Source: Eutreptiella sp. 'Long Island Sound 2002' (lineage: Eukaryota > Protista > Euglenida). From it: 64,000 nucleotides of DNA. Each line of letters opens with the position of its first letter. Within the stretch, counting starts at the first letter, position 1. Below are positions 36,213 to 48,599 of the stretch, piece by piece. The DNA is taken from NCBI GenBank assembly GCA_964036045.1, contig OZ038378.1, forward strand, positions 118,048,001 to 118,112,000, in the 5' to 3' direction. The position numbers were made by a program, and so were the translations under genes. The notes beneath the pieces are model-generated. The model saw only the letters and a program-made list of their open reading frames with translations. It was not told the DNA's origin and did not search any database.

Positions 36213-37734
36213 GTCGGCCTCTTCGATATGCCTTGCCGAAGGCAATAGAATAGAACAAATTTCCCCTATGATACACACCTCAAAATGATCAGTTGGGAAT
36301 TCTTATGCGGGGTCTATGTTCGGCTATCAGGGATCCCCTCTCCCGACTCCCTCAGGGGCCTGTTTTAGGCCCGCCGAATTTTTCAATTCGCGATTGTAAT
36401 CGTCACCATTTATATCCACCCCTGGCGTGGTCCAACCAGCCTTTATGAACACCCCGCATTTGGCAAGGGGGTCACTTTCGTTTGCTAATTTGGTCGCCAT
36501 ATGGCAAACCAAAGTGGATGGACGTTCTTACTTCATTTCCTGCCGAGTTTGAACCTGCCCTCCAGGAAGGGATATAGTGGGGTCGCCCTCCATCCCCTGC
36601 TATTTCCCCGTCCCAGGTCCCCCCCTCTGCGCGTGTGTGCCCTACGTTTTGGAAAGTATTCCCCCGCAGCATCACTTATGCATCGCTTCTACACCATCGT
36701 ACCACTGCTGTCCCCTGCCCTGACACTCACTCCTCAGTAGCAATGGCCTACTGGTACAGTCTTTTCGCTCTGTCCCACAATATTGCGGCAGGAGCCCTCT
36801 AAGGCAGTGCACCAGCCGCCACACAAGGCTCATGGACACGCACGTGATGCATGCATCCCAAGTCAGTCAGTTCACACAAAAAAAGAGGCTGGGGAAAGCA
36901 AGGGCTTCGCGAGCGATAGGATGTACTCAAGCCAACACTCACACTGTGGGACTGTTCCAGACCTCATAAAGCAATGAGCAGTCGACGAAGTGTCAATGTG
37001 TTATCAGGAGGTTGACAAGCATATCGGTGGGTGGTGGCAAGCACCCTCTGAATCTCGTGGTCCTGGGTTTGGTTGCTGCAGCCTGCTGGTGCCAGTAGCA
37101 CCAGCATGCCACGAGGGCAGAGTGCTGCCCAGCTCAGTAACCCTTTTCATCACTGCTGAATGCTGAACCTGATCACGCATACCCACGATCAATGCAGAGC
37201 AACTCATGCAATGCAAGGGCAAATGATTGCAGAACCAAGGAAATGTAGAATCCCTCAAATATAGCCCCACCCTCAATGGGGCTCAGATACAATCCCTCAA
37301 GCTGGGTGCAATTCTCTCGTTTGTCCTGATTTTGTGCCCCAATTTGCTGGATTTTTCGAACGTAGTTGTCTTTGCAGTGTTAATGTGTATTTGTACTTGT
37401 GTGGACAGGCACTTTTGGGCACTGCGGGACCTTTTGTGCCAATGGTTGCAAAGTCACCTGCAAAGCCAGTCCCAGATCTTCCATTTCCTGTCCAAGCCTA
37501 AGTTGCCCAACACCATCCTGAATAGCCAACAGATGCGCAGTTCTGTAGCTGCTGACAGTCTCTTTCGCCCATGCATTATACAAGGGTAGTAATGGGGTCC
37601 CTGACGCAAATGCCCCTGAAATAAATGGTCCAGAAAAGTCCCCTGATTTATTTGCAGTTTCCTTGGATTTCAAGAGGTGGGTTGCAAATAATGCAGCCCT
37701 CTACAATTGACTGCCGATTGTCCTTTTCATACAG

Positions 37735-37905
37735 CGCTTTGCCCGATTCTGGATCACACCACCGAACTCAAAGGCGAACGACGCCAAGATCGTGCCGTTG
37801 GAAAAGATCCGGTCAATGGTGCGAATGCTGCGGGAAGGATTCATCAATGAGGGCAAGCTAGTCAAGTTTGATGACACACAGCTGCTGACGATGATTGCCG
37901 ATCAG
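37735..37905 (+). CDS. Host-gene exon, 57 codons (RFARFWITPPNSKANDAKIVPLEKIRSMVRMLREGFINEGKLVKFDDTQLLTMIADQ)
   Basis: Preceded by ccttttcatacag| and followed by CAG|gt. 171 nt, phase 0-0, no stops. Confidence 0.6.
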
Positions 37906-37923
37906 GTGTTCTGACGCTGTTTT

Positions 37924-40494
37924 CCCTAGAAACCCACGTTAAAGTCAATATGGTTTAATATCTGGGTGAATATTAATACGTTAAACGGAAATCTGCCTAT
38001 TTTTGGAGATGGTTTTTGCGTTGTTTCGGGCAAAAATTCACCCCCATGGGGTGCCTTGCGCGTTTGCCGTGGATGTACAAAAATGTTAAAATGGTGCTCG
38101 GCATTAATATTTGCCTTCAATTTTTCCATTAATATTTCAGATATTAAGAATTAAGGGGTCCATTAAACGAGCACACATTAAACGGTTTCCGCCAAAAATT
38201 GATCCTCCCTATACATGCACAAAGACACAACACACATACTCATGGGTGCTCTCATACCTTTTGTAAACCCACTTGGGATGTTGTGTCTGTTTTTTTTAGA
38301 CCTCTTGTGACCCCTCCTTGGGGACCCACAGTGTCGGTGTGGGGTTAGTGCGAGGGTAGGCTTAGGGGCCGGTCTTCTTGTTCTCCTCGGGGTTAGTTGG
38401 GGGGTTCGGGGCCGGCGGGGGCTTTGTTGGGAGGGGGTTTGGGGGTCTTCTTGCGCACCTCTAGGAGGCATGCGTTGGCCTCCTCGGCGGAGCCAAAGAG
38501 GAGGTGTCGCTCCACTTCGTAGAGTGTGGTGTCGTTCGGGTATTGCACCCAAACGACACCGCTCTTCCGATGTCGGACACCGGTGACCGTGCCCACCTCC
38601 AGCCCGCCCGTGTACGGGACGTGGGCGCGGGTCCCAACAATGGGATCGTTGGGACCCGTGCTGTCTTTACCCCGCCACCTTGGGGCCGGGGGTGGGGTTT
38701 GCCTTGACCGCCTCGGTCTCTTCCCCCCCCCCCCTTGGGGCTAGGGGTGCCTTGACGGCCTCGGTCTCCCCCCCCCCCCCTCCTTGGAGCCGGGCCTTGC
38801 CTTGATGGCCTCAGTGTCTTTACAACCCCCCCCTTGGGGCTGGGGGTTGCCTTGATGGCCTTGTCGGCCGCAGTGGTGGGGGCGCTAGGCGCAATTTTCG
38901 TTTTCTTCGGGCGGGGGTTGGCCCCGTCTGAAGAAAGAGTTTGCGGGACCCTTCGGTCTCTCAACTCCTCGGTGAGTGGGTGGCTCACTCCCCCTTTGCC
39001 ACGGCCTGTTGGGCGGAGGCCACGGTGGGTGGTTCCCCCTCCCGCATACGCGACAAGCAAATAGTGGCAGTGAAGCAATATGCCTCCCTCGTCTTTCCCG
39101 TGCGTGATTTCATCGGGCATCTCAAGATGGGATTCCGCCACATCTCCGAATTCATGACCCGAAGAGGGACGGCGTAAACGGCCGCTACTGGCCTCAAGTT
39201 CCCGCGGCCCATACCTTCGCGTGGTGAGTACTTGGACACGTGGAAGGAATTGGCCAAGCCCCTCCAGCTGGGCCCACCCGTGTCCGTTGCTAAGCCACCT
39301 GGCAGCGGCCGCAGTTGGGCAACGTGCATGCCCGCGGTGCCAACCCTGCCGTCTCGAAGATGGCAGGGAAGAAGGCCGCAGATGGCAAGAAGGAGGCCGT
39401 GGAGGCCCCCAGTGTGGCCACCAATTTTTGTACAAGCATGGCAGCCATGCAGGCGGAGGGCTGTCCGACCTTTGTAGAGGTGTGTTTGTTTTTTTCGTGC
39501 CTATTTTTTCGTTTAACATTCAGGATGTTCGGATTTACATTTGTTCGTTTAATATTAAAAACGGCGCCGGCGTTGGCAAATATCAAATGTTAACACTTAA
39601 TATTAAATGAAAGACATCAACCGAAAAATGAAACCAAAAGTTTCAAATTTTTTTAAACCCCCCCCCCCCTCGCTTGTCCCCCACCTTCCGGACCGGGACC
39701 TTGTGGTCCGGTGTGAACATGCTCGCCCAGTCCGTGTGATATGGACTCACCATGACGGCAAGCAAGTTATGAACCTGGACAACCTCCACAAGTTGTTGGC
39801 GGACGACCCAGCCCTTGGGCTCGCGGTGCTGCGCGTGCTACGCGAGTGGGGGCAGGGGCGGGTGTGCTCCGAAGGGTGGGGCCCCACGCGGAGCTACAAG
39901 CACACACAGTGGGCCAGGATGAAGGAGGTGGGATACGTGGGGGTAGAGGATGAGGAGGTCTGGGGGGGGGATGGTAGGCAGGGGGATGGAAGCAAAGGGG
40001 GAGGGGGGGGGGTTCCGGCACCACGAAAGCCCCCACCTCCGCCCCCACGGGCCCCTCAACCATACAACCCCGCCCCCCACAGTAAAAAACCCCCGCCCCC
40101 ACCCAGGGCAAGAAGAAGCCCAAGAGGAAGCGCCACTCAAACGCACAAGCGTCATACTAATCTCGAGAACAGTATCCCGAGAGAAAGACATAACAAGAGC
40201 TACACAACAGAAAATAGGGTGGGGAGTGGGGTGGAAGGCGGACCCATGGGAAGGGGTTTGGGGGGTGAAGACTCAACCCAAAAGCCATAAGACCCCTCTA
40301 CAATCCCATTGAGCAAGATTGTATCACATAAAACCCCACGATAGCCCTAGTACACACGTGCAACAAAATGCGCAAACATGCAAAAATGCTATAAATCTCG
40401 TTGAACACCTTAATATTTGTTTGTTTAACATTTAACCCCGTAATATTGAATTTCAAATGTCAAACCACTTTGACTTTAACGTGGGTTCCAAGGG
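37924..40494. mobile_element. Non-autonomous piggyBac-like TIR element carrying internal coding fragments
   Basis: 33-bp TIRs (37924-37956 and 40462-40494, 29/33 identical) begin with CCCT. TTAA follows the right end; the left flank reads TTTT. No transposase was recognised inside. Confidence 0.7.
38490..38600 (-). pseudogene. Tudor/SH3-barrel-like fragment inside the TIR element
   Basis: GTVTGVRHRKSGVVWVQYPNDTTLYEVERHLL has the beta-strand and aromatic pattern of Tudor-like domains. Confidence 0.3.
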
Positions 40495-40624
40495 TTAACC
40501 CCGTTGCACGGTAGATCGCTTGCTTCAATAGATTAGGCAAACCCCTCGTTGCATTGAATATTCAAAAGCCGTGCTGATTTGCACTAATCTGCAAGGTGGT
40601 AACACTAACAACTCAATGTGCCAG

Positions 40625-40690
40625 TTGCCCCAAAGGCAAGTACTCTGTGTGTGTCTGTGTGTGTGTGTGTGCGTGTGTGTGTGCATGCAC
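40625..40690. repeat. (GT)n-rich microsatellite
   Basis: Directly visible. Confidence 0.95.
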
Positions 40691-41519
40691 ATGTGCCTGT
40701 GGCGCATCACATACATCTACCCGAACACTTTGCACGGTCCCTGTGCTTGAATATGCCCCTGTTTGCACTGCAGAACGGTGTTGATGCCACATGTCTTTTG
40801 TTGGTTTCACATTCATTTATGGGTGCCATGTTGGTTGTCCCTTTGGGGGGGGGGCTAAAGACCGCACCACCCTCTCCCCTGTCCCCACCTGCGACCCTTC
40901 CCCGTCACCACCGTTGCAGAAAACCAAAACACGTGCAAAAAAACAAGACCAAAACCCTTCCAATAACCCCACCCACCTCCTAGTTGCAGCCCCCAAAGTG
41001 ATGATGCCAGTGGGTGGGGCAGTTTCAAAATGGAGACATTGTCATGGTGACACCATGAGCAGGCTCCCCACCTCTTGCAATTTTTGAGCCTGCCCCCCTT
41101 AGCCCCAACCCAATGGATGGACAACCAACCCACCTATCCACGGGCGTGAAGGATTCTTTCCTCAAAAGGGGAACAAGCATATACACCCGGAAGTACCAAA
41201 TGCCATGCTCACCCAGCGTGTATGTCAGGTGGCAGTGGTATAGCACCCCGTAAGTGCAAACAACAATGAGTCACGGCTACAATCCAAGCCAGGTCAGATC
41301 CATCCCTATCGGCTGATTTCCTACAGGTCATATCCATCCCTTTGCGCTAATCTCCTTCACCGAAGGACCAGGACGAAGGGACAAACAGCAACACAAACAA
41401 AAGGTTGGTTGTAGCTTGGGTGAGCCTACCCATCCGTCACAAATAAATTAAACAGAGGGGGTGTTATCAAACGTATTGTTTGAACCCCATCTGAACCAAC
41501 AGGTCTTGCTCAACCTTTA

Positions 41520-42170
41520 ACTCCAACTCGAGGGGCCACACTGAATCATGGGAGTTCTCAACCCCAACTCGAGGTGGGGTTCAGGATTTCCATGCTTCGG
41601 TGTGGTTCTTGGAGTTGGGATCAAGGAGTCCCATACTTCGGTGTGGCACGTGGACTTGGGGTTAGTCCTACGCTTTGGGTGACCCCTTGAGTGGGAGGTA
41701 AGGACTCCCGAGCTTCAAAATGGCTCCGGCCACATCGAAGAGTGGGAGTCCTTAATAATAACTGCAAGGGGACCGAAAGTTCGAAGTCGTGAACGCCCAC
41801 TCGGGGGGGGGGGGGGGCGCGCACCGAAGAGTGGGAATCCTAAAGCCTCAAGGCACCACATCCAAGCGTGCGAGTCTTTAACCCCAAACCCAAGGGGCCA
41901 CACCAAGGCATGAGAGTCCTTAACCGCGACTCAAGGGCCCACATTGAAGCGCAAGAGTCCTTAACCCCAAGTAGCCGAGCCACACCGAAGCGTGTGTGTC
42001 CTTAACCCCAACTCAAGGGCCACAACGAAGTGCACGAGTCCTTAATCCCATTTCTAGGGGTTACACCGACGTGTGGGTGTCGTCAATGCCAACTCAAGCG
42101 GTCACACCGAAGCACGGGTGTCTCCTACTCCAACTGAAGGGCCCACATTGAAGCGTGGGAGCCCTTCGCC
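41520..42170. repeat. ~41-bp degenerate satellite with an inverted block at about 41590-41715
   Basis: Units resemble gagtccttaaccccaactcaagggccacaccgaagcgtgg. Reverse-complement units (cttcggtgtgg...ttggggtt) lie near the start. Confidence 0.85.
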
Positions 42171-44799
42171 CCAAACCGGTGATGAGTGGTGGGCAGATGG
42201 TTATAGGTTCGCATGGGGAGCGCTCTAGAATGCGAGAGCGCAAGAGCCGTCGGAGACCGTGGTGTGTGTTTGTGCACCCGCTTGCCGGCGACGTCGTCAA
42301 GGTGGGAGGCGGAATATTTGGGAGACTTTCAAAATTTGGGGGTGTTTTGTTCGAGTTTCTTTTTGTTTAGGTACAAGGCGGCGGTGGCGGCGCTCCGCCC
42401 CACCATCTCACCGGTGCGCCTGGCGGGGGACCTTACCTGGATCCACAAGCGGGATTGGAAAAAATTTGGTGCCATTTGTTTTATACCCCCCCCCCCTCCA
42501 GGTCTATCCCCTGCAAAAAAGCCCGGCACCCCGTGTAGGAATGTTTGCTCGCCAGGAGGATTAGCATGTAACTTTCACCTTGCTACATTGTCCACCAGAA
42601 CGAAAGCTTATTTCATCCGGCAGAGGGTCAAATAGTGGGCTTTCACCCCATGTATATATGCTCAAAATACTCAGATTTTTCAGGAGATTTTTATAATGAA
42701 TAAAAACCATATTGGACCCGATATCAATACCATTTGTGGGTAGGCATCTGTCGAAAAGATGGCCCATACGCGATTCGGTAATTAATGCCTACACGATGAA
42801 AGCCTGTGTAGTGCAATTCCCGGGGCCCGCCATCTATGTCTTTACAAGTAGGATGGGTGACATGATATAATTATGCCGTTTTTTTATCTCTTGTGCTTTG
42901 ATTTTATCCCCTTTGTTGCAGACCCCGGAGAATTCAAGGGTTATGTAGCATTTTTGGCAGCTTTGGGCCCCCCAGAAGGCCTCTTTTGGTTCCTACGATA
43001 AGAGGCTAGTGTGGGCGCCGGAGTGCAGCCGGAACGCACCAGGGGTCTTTGTGCCCCCAAACGCAAATACCTTCCATGGTGGTTGAAACATCAATGCTTT
43101 CTTTGAACAATATCCCCCTTGCAACCGGCTGGACCGTCGGGGGTATCCAGGCAGTTCGGGGGGGGGGGGGGTAGAAAAAAATCCTAGTACTAGAGTGCAC
43201 CCTTATTATTCGGGAGTTGCCCCAGAGTGGGGGGCGTCCGAAAAAGTTTTGTGTAAAAGTTTTTGCGGACCCCGAAACCTGAAATTTGTCAACTCTGCCC
43301 CACCTCTTTGAGTTTGGAAGCTCACCGACACCTAGTGAAGTGAGGGGGGGGGGGGGCTGGTTTTCACTTCTACGTCCACCCCATAGCCTCTAGGACAGTT
43401 TCTAAGAAGCTTCACAGCCGCCCCAAGGGAGACCAGCAGTGGCTATCCTCTACTTGTCCCGGTGGCCTTTCCTCCGGGTGGCAGAAGCGGTGTCCTTCAG
43501 GGTTGGGGGCGTGGACTTGGCCATTGTGCCGGGGTTTTGGGCTTCAAAGTGGCAAATGCGAACACTGTTGGAGGCCTTGGTCTCAGTGGGCAAGGAAGTG
43601 GGCGACTTGGTGACGAAGCTGGTCATAGGGTAGCGACGGGGTGGAGCGTTTGCTTGAGGGGGGGCCTCGGTTCTTGAGGCAGCAATTACTTTTGCGATGG
43701 AGAGTGCAAAGTGTTTTGACGGATGGTGGCACGGGGTTAGGAGGGGGGGCGTGCGGCCAGGTGGGACCATGGGCCTCCGGAGTTGTGCTTTTTGTTGTGG
43801 GGGCGATGAAACCATGTAGCAGTGGGCCTAGGGTATGCTCGAGATTTTCAAGACCACCAAGCTGTGCGTACCCTCTTGCTCATCCTCCTTACGGACGATG
43901 GGGGTTTTGGGATTGCGGAGGTTGCTCTAGGAGAAGTTTGGCCCTGTGAGCATTGGTTGAACCCTGTGAGAATTGGTCGAGCCCGCTTAGCCTTACGACG
44001 GGGAGTCAGGAATCAGGGCGTGGGTTCGGAGAGCGAGCTGTCCCCAAAGTCCGACACATCAGCTTGGGAAAGGGAGGGAGGAGGGCGTGTTGCCACTCAT
44101 CTTGAGGGGCTAGGGGAGTTGAAGTGCGGGGCCCTAGTAAAGGTGCGGTTTCCGAGAGGGCGGGGGCGGGGTAGGGAGCAGAATGGAGAGAGTGCCGCTT
44201 CCATTAAGTCCGGGAAAGCACAGACCAGTGTTGGGGCAGCCGAAGAAGCGCAAGAAGGTGGTCACAACAGAGGCCACAACTTCCGAAGCCTTTGACCTTA
44301 CCACGTCTTTGGACATCATTCGACGAATTGGCGTGTGTGATCCTCAATTTCCCCCCACACCCATGCGCCTACAGCCATTGGAGTAGTGCCCCCCAAGAGG
44401 CCACCAAAAAAAGGGGGAGAGGGTAGGGTTAGCCTCTTTTGTGGGGGTACAATCCATTGTCAACAAGGCCTTGATCGGTTTCTTGGGGATACAAATACGG
44501 TGGAATCCACCTGCCCAAGCCACGGCTTCACTTCCTCAAAACCCCTTGACCCAGGAGTGCCTTCAAAAAGGGCGGCAAGACACCCCTCTCCTCTGGCAAC
44601 TGAATGCCCCTCAACATCTCCTGTGGCCCCGCCATTACCAACTCCCTCCACCCCGATTGATACTCACTACTGACTGCAACGTGACCTACACCACGTTTGC
44701 CTGGATCCCCACCATGAACTACAGGTCCCTCTCCAACTAACCGCATGCATTTTCGAGGTCGCTATCCGGCACCTTGCACCTCTCTCCATGGATGGGGAC

Positions 44800-47400
44800 C
44801 TTCTGACGGGTGTCGTCCTTTGCGACAGGAATCGCCATGGAAGGTTGTGCCCTAGGATCTATGATTTTCTAGCTCTACTCGAAGAAGGGATCCTTCCCTT
44901 CGAGCATCCTTGGGTGGCCTGAACACTCTCTCACAGGGGACTAAGTGCATTTTCTGTTTCATTCGTGGGGGTAAGCTCTGGAACATGGTCCGGTTGCTCT
45001 TTGGCCACAACTGTTCCCCCACCCTATGCGTATTCCTCTTGGGTAGGTTGTTTCAGGATGTAGTGCACAAGGGGGTCCTTCTCGTCCATTTTTTAGCTGA
45101 TTTTTTGTTCCTCGGGGATATTGCATGGGTGGATTTGCGGGATATTAGGCGGCAAGTTGCGGACCCACTGACGGAGGATGGGTTCCTTGTGAGCCCCAAA
45201 CGCACAATAAACCCGGTGACTTTTTTTGTTTGATAAATTTCCTCGATTTGGAGTCGGGGGGAATTTTCTCCACAGAAATCGTGCGTCCGGTAGGTGGTGG
45301 CTTGGCTGTGACTTGGGACGCCGCGGCTTAGGGTGCGCTACCTGCAGAGTTTTACCTTTAGTGGGTGTTGCTGTCCAAGTAGCGTGCAAGGAGTTGAACT
45401 CCGCAACCCCTCACACCTCCAACAATCCCCAACGCAACTTCCCGTAGAACGGCCTGCAAGGCAGCAACGTGCACCCCACTGCCTGCGCCAAGGACTTTGC
45501 GACCTTTTAGGGGAGCCCGCCGCACTTACGAGGACCTTGGCTGGACCCCGCCAATGTCCCGCTAACCCACACACTACCCCTAATGGTGCTCCTATGCTAT
45601 GAATGAGCACCACCGTGTGCTCCACGCCCCGTGCATTTTTGTGGATGCAGCGAAGGACATTGGCGCCAATTTGTCGGGTGGGTATCTTCCGTCCGAGGGC
45701 GGGGGAAGGGTCCAATGCCTAGATAACCAGGTTGAAGTGGAGGAGAGGGTGTGATGTTTGCACGAGCAGTTGACGGAACTCATTGCGGGATGGTAGTTGA
45801 TTAGCTTGGCATTGCACTTGGGATGGGGGACGATTTCTATTTTTGCGGACAATGCGAGGGTCCTCTGCCAGTTCATTGAGGGTAGGGCCTCATTGGCTTT
45901 GTGGACACCGAAGTTGGTTTTGCGAAAGGTGAATTTGTTTCTGTTTGGCCATCCCTAGTTTGTGCGTTTTGTGTGGTTGCTCTCTCGTTTGTAACTAGCG
46001 GACCCATGGTTGCAATGGGGGACGCAGTGCGGGGGCAGCCGCTCTGAGGCGGTGCGGTATGCCAGACCCATTTGGGGCCAATTGGGTGAATGATTGGAGA
46101 TGGCCCTTTATTTGGGATTGGTCTTGAGGTATGTTGGGGGGAACCACTTGAAGTTCTAAGGCGCTCGGCTTGTCCAATGTGACCTTGAGGCTCTAGGTAA
46201 TGGTTGATTCAAAGCGATACTCGGACTTACAAGTGGGTTTATGTCATATGTGGGTAAGCACCCTTGTGTCCCGCACAGTGATATCGGACCCGATGCAGAA
46301 TTGGGCGAAGGCCCGGTGCGAGGTGATGTGGATGAGTCCCCAAGGCAACCAACGGCATAGTCGGCAAGACGTGCAAGGCGCGGTGCAGTGGCCTCCGTGG
46401 GGGCAGGTGAGTCTAGTGGTACTGACGGCGAGTGCGCAATGGTCCCAGGCGTCCCTGTGGCCTTCGAGGCTCGTGAGGGGTGCTTTGGAGCAGGAGTGTA
46501 CAAGCACTAAGCGGGGGGGGCGGGGCACGTCATTGACGTGGATGCAAAGCCCCCTCGCCCCCTCCTCCCCCCCAAGCGGCCTCCTCCTCCATCAGAAGAC
46601 TGCGGACTACGGCTCACAAGATGGGTGCGGTTGCGTCCGTTTTGGGCAGCTGTAAGGTTGGAGGCTCAGGGTGAATTTGGGTCTGGCTGCTACGGCAGCT
46701 GTCTTTAGAAGGGTCCGAGGTGGGTCCGTGGGTGCGGGAACGCCTGCGGTCCATTAAGTGGGATTGGTGGGTGGATGTTCTGCATGTGTGTCTTTGCGGC
46801 GCTCACTGAGGGCTCTTGGAGCGACGCCTCTTCCAGTTCTTGGAGGGGGGTCGTGAAGCGGCCAGGGACCTCTGGCAACCCCATTTTTTGCATGTCATGG
46901 CTCCGGCCTCGTCGTCGCTGCACCAGGTGGTGTGGGAGCCCTTGTTGCATTACTCCTTTTCTCCGAAGTTGGTGATGCAGCGGATCAGAGACGATGTTTT
47001 GCGGCGTTGGTTGGGTGTGGTGGGGAACGTTAGGATTCCGCGCGACATTCGGGGTACATATGTGCCAAGCTCATTTGAATCGGTGGCAAGTAGCCATTCG
47101 TCTAGGGTGGCCCCGCCATCGCATGAGGTTGTGATCATGGCGCGAGGGTTGCGTGGTCCAAAACTATTGTTCCCCTTGCCGCCAGGGTCCCCGGGTCCAA
47201 TTGAGCGGGGTGTTTGCTATCCCGCAGACCGTGGCGAAGTGTAGCTTGATCGTCAATTTGAAACGAGTGCAGAGGGCTATGCGCGGCAAACCAGAGAAGT
47301 TCTCCCTGCCTTCGGTGGAGCTCCTGGCCCTTCGTGCGAAAGTGGGGCGACAACGGTCCTCATTTTTACTTCCCCTTTTCTACGGCCGGGCTAAGTGTCT
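44800..47400 (-). mobile_element. Highly decayed non-LTR (LINE-like) ORF2 remnant
   Basis: Only weak motifs: LDEWLLA (end of an APE-like domain) at about 47100, LARLADYAVGCLG at about 46350, and a GAYPH/YLG-like stretch at about 46260. Confidence 0.35.
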
Positions 47401-48599
47401 CCGCCGGGTGTTGGTTTTGTTGTCTTTGCCGGGTGAAGATGCGGGTAGTGAGTTGTGTATGTGCCATATTTACCTAAATAACTGCTTTTGATCACTCCAA
47501 TTTCCGCAGGATTTTTGGCGTCTGTTTCGTATCTACGACGGTGAGCGTGGCGTGTTGGCGTTTTGGTGTCTTCCGTTCAAGTAGAAGTTACCTTGATATT
47601 GTGCCAAAGGGTGTTGGAGCGCTTGATACAGGAGGACTCTTTTTTTGGGGTTTTGGTTAAAATATGTTGGACGTTGTGTTGCTATTGGGGAGGGGGCGGG
47701 CACGGGTGTGCACGCAAGCAAGGTTTGCGGTGTACGCGTTGCGCGCAGCTGGCACCGTTATCAGCACGAGAAGTACTCCAAAGCCGGTAACACGCTTGCT
47801 GTGGGTGGGCAAGGACATCGACTTTGCGCCGGGGGGGGGGGGGGCGTAGACTGCAGACGGCAAGTAAGGCCTGCGACGCTCTGTTGGTACACTGGCTCCG
47901 CATGTCGGTTGGCGTATGCAGTGTGAGGAGGCTGCAGCAGCTCTTGGGGCGCACGCAATGGATCTGCCGGGTCTCTTTTCGACGTTGCCCGCCTTTTTCG
48001 GCATTTTGGGCCCATGTACTTTGGTGACCCCCCTATCTGCATTTTTCTCCGCTCAAGCTCTTGCGCTCTATGTGGGTAGTGTGTGTGCTGATGTTGCCGG
48101 GCTGTCGTCTGTTGTCGCTTCGAAAGGGCCTATGTATGTCTATGTGGCTGTAGCTCGCGATGCAAGGGTCTACCGCTTGGGGCTAATCTTGCTAGCATTG
48201 GGGTTGCGTTGCGCCGTTCCTTCACGGCAGCTGCCGTCAACGAGGCGCCGAGGCTAGAGTCCTCTTGCGGGGTATTGTGTAGTGTGGGAGGGGCACTCAT
48301 TCAGGGATAATGTGCCGGTGCTAATCCCCTTCCTCAGGTGTACAGCCGGGCTGGGCTGAAGGCATGAACCGCAATTGCTGAAGAGCTTTACGTACCGGTG
48401 GGCGTCTTGCCGGGCTTCACTGCGTACTGCCACTGGGGGAGGGGCTTGCTTATCCCGGCGAACCCCATGAGTAGGGGTACGACCGTTTCGAGGGGATTGG
48501 GACCGGGTGCGGGGGATGGCAACACGCGGAGTAGCGTAATTGTGGGCTTTCCGGGAATCGAAAACGGTTTTCTTGTGCACCCGGGGGCTGCCTATGGGG

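Noticed and set aside
43000-44000. Additional LINE endonuclease/RNase H remnant on the minus strand
   Set aside because: NAHRAKLLLE and WGHKD are suggestive, but catalytic motifs are missing and the spacing leaves no room for an RT.
44240-44261. PKKRKKV (SV40-type NLS) in a short plus-strand frame
   Set aside because: A 7-aa basic match in a 67-aa decayed frame, with no vector or viral context; likely chance or a generic NLS.
46273-46300. CACAGTG heptamers here and at about 4080, 8590, 31538, 38327 and 50105 as Transib/RSS ends
   Set aside because: None has a nonamer or an inverted partner with a 5-bp TSD at a plausible element boundary.
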